This document shows positions 51,381-60,281 of a stretch of DNA of 64,000 bases, piece by piece. Origin of the DNA: an uncultured Chthonomonadaceae bacterium (GTDB lineage Bacteria > Armatimonadota > Chthonomonadetes > Chthonomonadales > Chthonomonadaceae). Where the stretch lies: positions 288,001 through 352,000 of the forward strand of contig CAWFQB010000003.1 of the NCBI GenBank assembly GCA_963817895.1, written 5' to 3'. The notes beneath the pieces are model-generated. The model was not told where the DNA came from. It saw only the letters and a program-made list of their open reading frames with translations, and ran no database searches. Made by a program: the position numbers and the translations under genes. Positions within the stretch are counted from its first letter, which is position 1. The number at the start of each line of letters is the position of its first letter.

Positions 51381-52733
51381 ATGCAGTTCTTCAGTTCCAA
51401 CGAAGGAACGAACAGCCGGAACTACTCAGGGGCCATACGAAATCTGATTGCAGGCGTAAGTCTGCTGACTCTACTGGCGGTTTCCGGCTGCGATGGTAAC
51501 AAAAATAACAACAATAACAACACGCCCCGTACGGCGGGCGCGGTCTTCATCGGAACCAACCACAACAACACGTCCAACACCGCGCAGCCGCCCAACCAGA
51601 TCGCCATGTACAACCGCGCCGCGGATGGGACGCTTTCTTTTGTCAACTACTTCGACACCGGCGGGCAGGGTTCCGGGCCGGGGCAGCGATTTGCCGGCGA
51701 CGGTCTCGGCGCCTCCCATTCCGTGTGGCTCAGTCAGGATCATGTCTGGCTTTTCGCCACCAATGCCGGCAGCAACAATGTCACGGTGTTTCGCGTTACC
51801 AACACGGGGCTGACGCGCACCGACCTGAAGCCGACAGGAAATGGCTCTACCAGCCAGCGCTTCCCCAACAGCGTGACGCAGCACAACAATCTTGTCTACG
51901 TCCTCAATTCTGCTGACCAGGGCAGCATTATGGGCTATCAACTCAGCAGTCAGGGAACGCTCACGCCCATCTCCAACTCCCTGCGCCTGCTCAATGCCAA
52001 TCAGCCCCGCTTTGCGCCGGATGCCGTTACCAACCCGACACAGATATCCTTTTCCCCGGATGGCAGCAAACTGATTGTAACCATCAAGGACGGGCCGCCT
52101 GCCGGAGCGGTTGCGGATGCTACTCCCACGGGTCAGGGACGGATACTGGTCTTCACGATGGACAGCAATGGCTTGCCCTCCTCCACGTTTACGCAAACCG
52201 AGGTAAGCAATCACGGGCCGTTCGGATTTTCGTTTGACCGCAGCGGCAATATGCTGACGGCTCTGTTTGTAGGCGGACCAAATCTTACGGCGGCCGCGGG
52301 TTCCTTCAAGATCAATGCGAACGGTTCTATGACCCCAATCACGCCCGACGTAGCGGACACCCAACTCGACACCTGCTGGCTGGAAAACAATGGCTCGTAT
52401 GCCTATGGCGCCAACTACACATCCGGCACGATATCGAGTTTTCGTATTGGCGCAGACGGCAGCCTGAGCCTGCTAAACGCGGTTGCGGGCACAACGGACA
52501 ATCCCGGCAATCAGCAGGGTTCCACGCCGCTGGACTTAGGCATTGATCCCAACGGCCAATTCCTCTACAACGTCCTGCCGGGTTCCGGCAAAGTGGCCGC
52601 ATGGCGTATCAATGCGGATGGCAGTCTCACCAAGATTGCTGAGTACTCCGGCCTGCCGAAAGCGGTGGATGGCGATCATGCCCCGTCGGATTTCAGCGCT
52701 CTGGGCAGTCCCGCAGGCATCGCCGTGCTGTAA
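51381..52733 (+). CDS. Lactonase-like beta-propeller lipoprotein (paralogue of the upstream gene)
   Basis: VSGC lipobox; LFATNAGSNNV, FSPDG, TCW, DPNGQFLY. Confidence 0.8.
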   Translation: MQFFSSNEGTNSRNYSGAIRNLIAGVSLLTLLAVSGCDGNKNNNNNNTPRTAGAVFIGTNHNNTSNTAQPPNQIAMYNRAADGTLSFVNYFDTGGQGSGPGQRFAGDGLGASHSVWLSQDHVWLFATNAGSNNVTVFRVTNTGLTRTDLKPTGNGSTSQRFPNSVTQHNNLVYVLNSADQGSIMGYQLSSQGTLTPISNSLRLLNANQPRFAPDAVTNPTQISFSPDGSKLIVTIKDGPPAGAVADATPTGQGRILVFTMDSNGLPSSTFTQTEVSNHGPFGFSFDRSGNMLTALFVGGPNLTAAAGSFKINANGSMTPITPDVADTQLDTCWLENNGSYAYGANYTSGTISSFRIGADGSLSLLNAVAGTTDNPGNQQGSTPLDLGIDPNGQFLYNVLPGSGKVAAWRINADGSLTKIAEYSGLPKAVDGDHAPSDFSALGSPAGIAVL

Positions 52734-52755
52734 GAGGCTGTGCCAACAGGCTCTG

Positions 52756-52803
52756 AAGACAGCCGGGAAACGACACTTTCACATCAACTTCCCGGCTGTT
52801 TTC
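52756..52803 (+). terminator. Intrinsic terminator
   Basis: ACAGCCGGGAA...TTCCCGGCTGT followed by a T tract. Confidence 0.6.
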
Positions 52804-52900
52804 TTCAATAGATCTCTTTCATAGGTTCTCGTGAATGGCACAAGGCTAATCTCATTGAACGGACTTATGAAAGAGGTCTATTGCAGTTTTCACATGGATT

Positions 52901-55900
52901 TCACAGGGATTTTTGCGGGGGCTGTGTTGAGATAATGGGAATCGTTTCGCCGTCGTGTCCGCCCAATTGAGAGGTACGGCATACGTCCCCATACGCGCAA
53001 TTGCGGCAGTGGTCGCCGGGAGTGGCGTCAATGTTTCCAGACGTGATGGCGCGGGCCAGTCGTACCGCAGTGGCTTCCGCTGTTTTCAGCAAATCCGCGT
53101 ATTGGGCGCGATTCAGCGGCGTCACGCTGGTTCCATCTTCGAGGGGCGTGACCGGCGCGAACTGGCGCGCGCTGACATGCTCGGAACGATGGAAGCGCCG
53201 CCGCCCCCGCTCCTGCGCACTGTCGTAGCAGGCCACCGCGCCCACTTTATTGAACACGCGCTCCATTGCCAGCAGATACAACGGCATCTGCAAACTCTGT
53301 CCGCGCTGAATTTCGCCGAACGTTGGCGGCCTGCCGAGTTTATAATCCAGCACAAGGGCGCGCGTTCCCGTCGAATCGAAATCAACCCGATCCAGTGTGC
53401 CGCAAATAGCGACCGGCGGCCCGCCATCCACAACATTGAGCAGCAGCGGTTCGGCGCAGGAGGCCGCATCGTAAAGCCATGCGGATGAAGAACTCTCTCC
53501 TGATACTTCCTCACTCTGGCCTATTTGCCGCTCCTCCTCATCCTCCCAATCGCGCCGGGTTCCCACGCCGAACGTGAGTTCAAAATGCGCGGGCTGCATC
53601 CCGAACTGCGTTTGAAACCGCTCCTCGCGACTGGCAAAACCGTCCAGCGCGTCCGCAAGCAGGCGATGCGTCATCTGCTTCTGATGCGGCCCCGCGTCCA
53701 GATTCTCCTGCGCCAGCATTTCGCTCAGAATACGATGCAGCGTTTCACGAGTGGAGAGTGGAGAATGGAGAGTGGAGAGTGCGCCCGATTGCGCCTCTTC
53801 CCTTCTCCCTGCAAAATACCGATGCAGTACCGCATGAAGCAGGGTTCCCTGCGCGTTGCTGGCGATGCCGTCCGCTTCGGGGCGCAGGCGCAATACATGA
53901 CGCAAAAAGTACTGGAAGGGGCAGCGCCCGTAACTCTCAAGTTCCGTCACGCTGAAAACGGCGCGATGCGTGGCGAAGGCGCGGCGCAAAGCATCCGCTT
54001 CCAGACGCGGCAGGCGCGGCAGTCCACGCGCTTCCACCACGCGCCGCGTCACGCGCCGATCCGCTTCCTCCCGCATACACACCTGCATTAGCTGAACGGC
54101 CTGCCGCAGCGTCCCGCCCTCCATCTGCCCCATACCCGGATCAAACAGCGTGGCGCAGGCCGCTAACAGCCGATCACTGTTGGAAATAACCTCGTCCGGG
54201 CGCGGCGCGACATCAGCCAGAGTGCGGGAAACGATGGACAAGGATGAAGGAAAGATAGGAGATACGAGATACGAGATACGAGAAGGGGAGGATTCATCCT
54301 TCATCCTTCCGCCTTTATCCTTTGTCCCGAACACCGTTTTTACCTCATCCAGATAGAAAGACGGCAGGGTGTCGGATTCGTCGGCGGAACGGGGGTAGGA
54401 GAGAATCAGGCGTTCGGCGGGGGCAGTCACGGCAAGGTAGAAGAAGAACCGCTCGTCGTCGGCGCGTCCGCGCTGCTCCTCCAGATCCATTCCCGTCGCC
54501 TGCCGCAATGCGATGCGCTCGGCGTCCCGCAAAAACGGGTCTTCTGTGATGCGGCGGGGGAACACGCGCTCGGTCAGGCCCATCACGGCGGCGACTTTGA
54601 GCGAACGTTCGCGGGCATCGTATGGTTCCGCCACCCGGACTCTATCTCCCTCGGCGGTGGCAATGGAAGAACTCGCCTGCCACGCCGCCAACAGTTCGTC
54701 GTGAAAGCCCTGAAACGTCAGCGTGTCGCGCCCGGAAAGCGCGGCCATTTTCGCCAGCGCTTGCAGCACATCCTTTGCCGTTTGCCATGCGATCCGGTCC
54801 CGCTGCTGCCGCGTCGGTTCCCCCTGCGCGATCCGCTCCTGCAGCCCGAAGTGTCCCACAATCTCTTCAATCAGCAGCGCGAACCGGCGCGGGTCCTGAC
54901 GCTCCCGCGTCAGCAACATATCGTAATGCGCGAGGTCGAGCAGGCATACATGCAGGGATGAGGGATGTGTCCTTCCCTGCGGGTGGACGCCCGGGATTAG
55001 AGATGAATTCTCTCCTTCTTGTATCTCGTATCTCGTATCTCGTATCTCTCCTGTCTCCTCTTCTCCTTTTCTCCTTTTCTCCTTTTCTTCCCTTCCCTCT
55101 ATCAGCGTCAGCCAACGTTCCCGCCCTTCGCGGATACCGGACTGGCGGGCGCGGCGGCGCAGGGCGTCGGCTTCGATTTTGTCGGGCGCGGTGTAGCTGG
55201 ATTTGAGGAAGGCGAGAACATCGTCCCGCTGCCAGCCGCGCCGAACGATATTCAGCAGGTGCAGCAGGGTTTTCAGGAAGGGGTTTTCGGTCAGCGTTTC
55301 CGGCCCGTCAATGCCGAGCGGAATATCATGCCGCTCGAAAACCGCCGCCAGAATCGGCGCGTAATCGCCCATCGCCCGTAGAATCACGGCAAAATCGCTC
55401 CACGCATACTGCCCCGTATCATACAGTCGCCGAAACGCCCGCGCCACCATTTCCGCCTCGACATAGGGATTAGGGGAATCGAACAGTTGCACATCAGTAG
55501 AAAGTGGAGAGTGGAGAGTGGAGAGTGACTCCTGTAATGCTGTGTGATGAGTAATGAGTGATGAGTGAAATGCCACATTTTGTTCATCACTCTCACTCTC
55601 CACTCTCCACTCTCCACTTGTACCTTCAAACAATGAGTCACTCAGCAGGGCCAGAGCGGGTGGGCGCGTAGGCGGGGTGAAGGTGAGCGGGGTTTCGTGG
55701 CAGGCGAATTCCTGGCGCAGCAGCGTCAGGGTTCGGGCGGGGGCGGCGAACAGCAGGGGGCGGCGGGACTCATACGGCAGGGTAATGGCAACCTCTATAG
55801 GCGGCGCGTTCGGGCCGGGAACATGGCCGGACAAGGCGGCCAATAGCCGCCGCTGCATGGCGTTGAAGCGATAAAAACCGTCCACGACCACGCAGGCGGT

Positions 55901-56681
55901 TTGTGGATGCAGGCCGGATGCGCCCCCATTCACGCGCTCTACAGCCAGTCGCAGACAATCCTCATCATCCTGAAGTTGGTTGCGCGTCAAAAAGGCTTCG
56001 TAAGCGCGGAATAATCGCGCCAACTCCCGCGTTTTACGCGCAAAGGTCGGGATCAGACAGGGGGACGGCAAGCAGGGGGCCGGATTGTTCCAGCAGGTCG
56101 GGTGTCAGTCCGGCCAGTTTCCATTCGCGGACGCGCTCGGCAAACGCGGGTACAAACCCCGGCGCGCGCAGCATCCGCCCCAGGAAATCATCCGGGCGTA
56201 TGGTGGCGGGCAGCAATTCGGCAATCGCCAGTCGCTGAAAGGCGCGCCCGATGGCTCCCACAGTGGGGGAAGCGTCCTCATCCTCCCCGTTCTCTTCAAC
56301 CTCTTCCGCAATCAGCCGGGCGGCCAACTGTCGAAATGTTACCGTGCAGGCGGTTGTCTCTTCTACCGGAATGTCAAGGCGGGCGGCAAGCTGTTCGGCG
56401 CGAGTTTGCGCCTGCTGCGGCGAGGACACAATCAGCAGACCGCGCTGGCCCGCCCGCCAACACGTTTCAAGACGCTGTAATGCCCATTCCGTTTTGCCCG
56501 AACCGGCGGGGCCGAACAGCAGCGTCAGCGCAGGCCGCAAGTCCGGCTTCTCCTCTGCCACATGTTCAACGGAACTTTCAACCGGGGAAGCGGCAGGCGC
56601 AGCGATGACCGCCGCGCCGGGAACCGGGGATCGGCGTTTGCGGTTGACGTTGGGGCGCGTATTCGCTTCGTGTACATCCAT
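52901..56681 (-). CDS. addB: AddB/RexB-like helicase-nuclease subunit (PD-(D/E)XK, Fe-S Cys); frameshift near 56040; four repeat-derived in-frame insertions
   Basis: GPAGSGKT, VVDGFYRF, FSVTELESYGRCPFQYF, GTLLHAVL, GTLDRVD...LDYK, QMPLY, HCRNCAYGDVCR. Confidence 0.82.
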
Positions 56682-57033
56682 GCCGCGCGTGATCTCCTGC
56701 ACAGGTTGTTCCGACCTGGACCCTGTGAACGCAGAGTGTGGAACAAATATTAACACTGATAGAGAAACCGTGAGAACAGGCCGATTATAGCACAATACCG
56801 CTCACCGGAAAATAACCGATATTTGTCTGCTAATCACGTTGTTTGTTGTTTAATCCTGCGCTTGTTCACCAAATTTTGACAGTATGCCCGCATTAAAACG
56901 GGCTTCTAACCATTTGCGCTAACGTTAATGGAACATAGAAGGTAGAAATAAGTGTCTCTCTAAGTGGGAGTTTAGAGAATAACCCCGTGCAGGGTTCCGG
57001 CAGGAGCCGGAAAATGGAAAGAAGGAATTGATT

Positions 57034-57837
57034 ATGAAAATGCGTAATCCTACTAAGGCGTTTACGCTCATCGAATTGCTCGTCGTGATCGCTATTATCG
57101 CGATTCTCGCCGCAATTCTGTTTCCCGTGTTCGCGCAGGCGCGGGCCAAAGCGCGTTCCGTCGCGTGTTTGTCAAACTTCAAGCAAATCGGCACAAGTAT
57201 CGCCATGTACACGCAGGATTATGATGAGAACTATCCCGTGTGCAACATGTCCTACAAGGCTGCGGACGATTACGCGGTATGGGCGTCGTGGATGCAGGAG
57301 ATTCAGCCCTACATCAAGAACACGCAAATCTACTACTGTCCCGACGCGCTGCGGGATAATACGGTCGTGGTGAATGGCACAGACGGCAGCGCATTGGGAG
57401 CCATTACCGTGCCGACGCTTCAAATCGGCGGTTCCGAAGGTATCTTTATGAGTGGGGGCAACAATCCCCGGACGGGCGCGTCCGTCCAATCTATCGCGCT
57501 CGCTTCTATCGGCAAGCCCGCCGATTTATGTTTGGTGGCCGACTCGACCCATATTCTCATCCCCGCGATGGAGCGGGTGATGTACGCAAGCAAGCCCTCC
57601 AGCGCGGCTGGCGACTTTTACAGCGGCTGGCCGACCACTCCTGGCGGCAATCGCGCCATGCCCGGGTGGGCGCGGCACACGGGCGGCTCGAATATCTCGT
57701 TCGGCGATGGACACGCCAAATGGCTGGCGCAATTGAGCATGGATTTCGCCGGGGACTACCAGACCAACGGCAACCCCGTCAACGACCACTACTGGAGTCG
57801 CGTTCCCCTGTGGCCCGACGATGTGCGTCTTCGCTAA
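57034..57837 (+). CDS. Prepilin-type N-terminal cleavage/methylation, DUF1559/H-X9-DG domain protein
   Basis: [65 protein letters not shown]. Confidence 0.93.
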   Translation: MKMRNPTKAFTLIELLVVIAIIAILAAILFPVFAQARAKARSVACLSNFKQIGTSIAMYTQDYDENYPVCNMSYKAADDYAVWASWMQEIQPYIKNTQIYYCPDALRDNTVVVNGTDGSALGAITVPTLQIGGSEGIFMSGGNNPRTGASVQSIALASIGKPADLCLVADSTHILIPAMERVMYASKPSSAAGDFYSGWPTTPGGNRAMPGWARHTGGSNISFGDGHAKWLAQLSMDFAGDYQTNGNPVNDHYWSRVPLWPDDVRLR

Positions 57838-57862
57838 TGCGCCGTAAAGATAAAACAGTTTG

Positions 57863-57921
57863 GTAGGGGCGTTGCTTGCTGCGCCCTTGTTTGAGGAGGG
57901 TTCAGCAAGCAGAACCCCTAC
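57863..57921. repeat. REP doublet (GTAGGGG...CCCCTAC), second family
   Basis: GTAGGGGCGTTGCTTGCTGCGCCC ... GGGTTCAGCAAGCAGAACCCCTAC. Confidence 0.7.
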
Positions 57922-58079
57922 AACGTACCCTGCCATTCACCCTTGATGAAGTAAGAGAACATGCTGCGGAATATCAGGGTTAAGCGATGGTAGTTTCATC
58001 AAATCTGGAACGCTTCAGTCTGCGCTAAAACAGGCTAAAGCGTTCCTTTTGCCGCCTCGCCTGTCAGTTCAACATCACC

Positions 58080-59456
58080 ATGAAACACCCGTCAACGTCA
58101 AAGTGGACATACGGATTAAGAGGCTGCGCCCGGTCAGGCGCAGGCCGATTGTTGCTGCTGATTCTCTTGAGTCTGGTCGCTGTGTTACTGCTGGCAGCCT
58201 GCGCGTCTCATTCTCCTGCCCCGCCCGCTTCCCCTTTGCCCGCGCCCGATGTGGTTTCCGGTTTGCAGACCGCATCCGTCGTGGATGTGCGACAGGTGCG
58301 CCGCGCATTGACAACAGACGAAGCGAAAGATTATCTGGGAAATGGCGTGTGCGCCTCGTGCCATAAAGAGGTTGCTTCGGCGCATGAGCGTTCCACCCAC
58401 GCGCATACCCTGCGCCCCGTCACGTTGCAAAAAGATGGCCCGTTTTTCCGTTCCACGCAAAGCATGACGGATGCTTCGCTCGGCTGCGCGTACAGCACGT
58501 TTGTTTCCGAAGGCAAATGCGTGTTTCGGGGGCGCAACGCGCTCGGCAAATCCGACCTGCCTGCCGCGTATGTGATGGGCAGCGGACACAACGCTTATAC
58601 CTACCTGAGCCTGAACGATCCGCGCGGATGGGTGGAACTGCGCCTGAGTTACTACGACAAGGCCAAAAAGTGGGATTACACGCCCGGACAACTGCCGGGC
58701 GCGAATTTAGACCGCGCGGCGGGGCGTATTCAGGCGGGCGCGATGCTCACAGGCTGCTTGCTGTGCCATGTCACCACGTTGCGGCAGGAGCCTGCGCCCC
58801 TCGGCCCGGATGGATTGCCGACAGGAGAAGGCCCGCCGGACATGAAGAATTCCCTGCTCGGCGTGGGCTGTGAGCGGTGTCACGGGCCGGGACGGGCGCA
58901 CGTAGACCAGGCGTTGAAGGCGCGCGCGACCACGCCCGAACTGCTGGCCCGCGCTAAATCCGCCGGCCAAACCTACGGCATGGAAGATTTACACAAGGCT
59001 ACGCCCGACGCCATCAATACCCTGTGCGGAGCCTGCCACCGCACCATCGCTAACGCCGAATCCAGTGACCCGCATACCGAAATGAACCTGTCCCGTTTTC
59101 AGGGCGTCGCCCTTTCCCGCAGCCGGTGTTACCAGAAAAGCGGAACCCTCTCCTGCCTGACCTGCCACGACTCGCACCGCAACGCCGATACCAATCTTGC
59201 TCACAATGACGCTATTTGCCTGACGTGCCACTCCGGGGATAGAAAAGGAGACAAGGAGAAGAGGAGACAAGGAGAAGAGGAGACACACTCACCAACCACC
59301 AACCACCAACCACCAACCACCAACGCCGTTTGTCCCGTCAACCCGCGTACCGGCTGTACGGGCTGCCACATGCCGCAGCAAACGATTGCCGATATTCCCC
59401 ATGTGCGCTATACGAACCACTGGATTAAAGTTTGGCCCACGAGCCAATCTCAATAG
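58080..59456 (+). CDS. Multiheme c-type cytochrome lipoprotein (7 CxxCH) with a repeat-derived insertion
   Basis: LLAAC lipobox; CASCH, CLLCH, CERCH, CGACH, CLTCH, CLTCH, CTGCH. Confidence 0.88.
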   Translation: MKHPSTSKWTYGLRGCARSGAGRLLLLILLSLVAVLLLAACASHSPAPPASPLPAPDVVSGLQTASVVDVRQVRRALTTDEAKDYLGNGVCASCHKEVASAHERSTHAHTLRPVTLQKDGPFFRSTQSMTDASLGCAYSTFVSEGKCVFRGRNALGKSDLPAAYVMGSGHNAYTYLSLNDPRGWVELRLSYYDKAKKWDYTPGQLPGANLDRAAGRIQAGAMLTGCLLCHVTTLRQEPAPLGPDGLPTGEGPPDMKNSLLGVGCERCHGPGRAHVDQALKARATTPELLARAKSAGQTYGMEDLHKATPDAINTLCGACHRTIANAESSDPHTEMNLSRFQGVALSRSRCYQKSGTLSCLTCHDSHRNADTNLAHNDAICLTCHSGDRKGDKEKRRQGEEETHSPTTNHQPPTTNAVCPVNPRTGCTGCHMPQQTIADIPHVRYTNHWIKVWPTSQSQ

Positions 59457-59502
59457 GTTTTCTAATCCGCCCACAGAGTGAGAGGAGAGCATATAGTCGC
59501 CT

Positions 59503-59871
59503 TCATGCGTTAGAGGCAGTTTCCCATACGTAGACGTTTAACCTTCCAGAGGGATACCTGTCATAGATGCGTAACTCCAACTCAGAAATTTCGTCGGCCT
59601 TCTTATCCAGTAAATCGGGTATCGTGACGGCAATGGTTGCCTCACCCCACGTTTCGCCGCCGGAAACGCTGACCTGTACGCCCTCTATTTTTCTGACCTC
59701 AAGATAGAAATGGTAATTTGCCAGTTCCGTTTGCGTCGGACCGATGTGTTCGCCGGGTAAAGGCAGTTGTTCTGCAAATTCACACCTGTTGGATTCTGCC
59801 TGCAATTCAGCCGACGCATCTTTAGATTTTGCTGACCCCATAATCAGGCGGGTTATGTCCAAAACAGACAT
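59503..59871 (-). CDS. Hypothetical protein
   Basis: RBS AGGAGG, consensus promoter upstream, 122 aa. Confidence 0.6.
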   Translation of the reverse strand: MSVLDITRLIMGSAKSKDASAELQAESNRCEFAEQLPLPGEHIGPTQTELANYHFYLEVRKIEGVQVSVSGGETWGEATIAVTIPDLLDKKADEISELELRIYDRYPSGRLNVYVWETASNA

Positions 59872-59910
59872 TGCTGACCTCCTTCGCCTGGAACGCGCGC
59901 ATACAGGTGT

Positions 59911-59938
59911 ATTATAGCAAAATCAGCGGGTTTGTCAA
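59911..59938 (-). promoter_or_regulatory. Consensus sigma70 promoter for 59503-59871
   Basis: Minus strand TTGACA-N16-TATAAT. Confidence 0.65.
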
Positions 59939-60064
59939 GGGGCAGCAAAAGATTGCCCTGCCCGATAACAGCCTGTTGCAACTTTCCCCGCCTCTCCATT
60001 GTCTAATCGTTTGGCTTCATCGCCCCCGACCGTAATTTTTTCGGAACACGGGCGTAAATACCGC

Positions 60065-60094
60065 TTGACACCGCGTAGGAAAGTGTGGTATCCT
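60065..60094 (+). promoter_or_regulatory. Sigma70 promoter of rpoB
   Basis: TTGACA-N18-TATCCT with an extended TG motif. Confidence 0.6.
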
Positions 60095-60281
60095 AGCGTT
60101 TCGTGCGTAAGGACAAGCAGGCCATTTTTGCCGGACTACCCGGCATTTTCACCTATAACGAAGGATGAAGGCAAAGGGCGCAGCAGAGGCAAACCAGCAA
60201 TTCGGCAATCCTCTCCCGCCCTTTTCTCTTCATCCTTTTCGTGCCACAGCTTAACCCGCACTCTCAGGGGAGGCGTATTCC

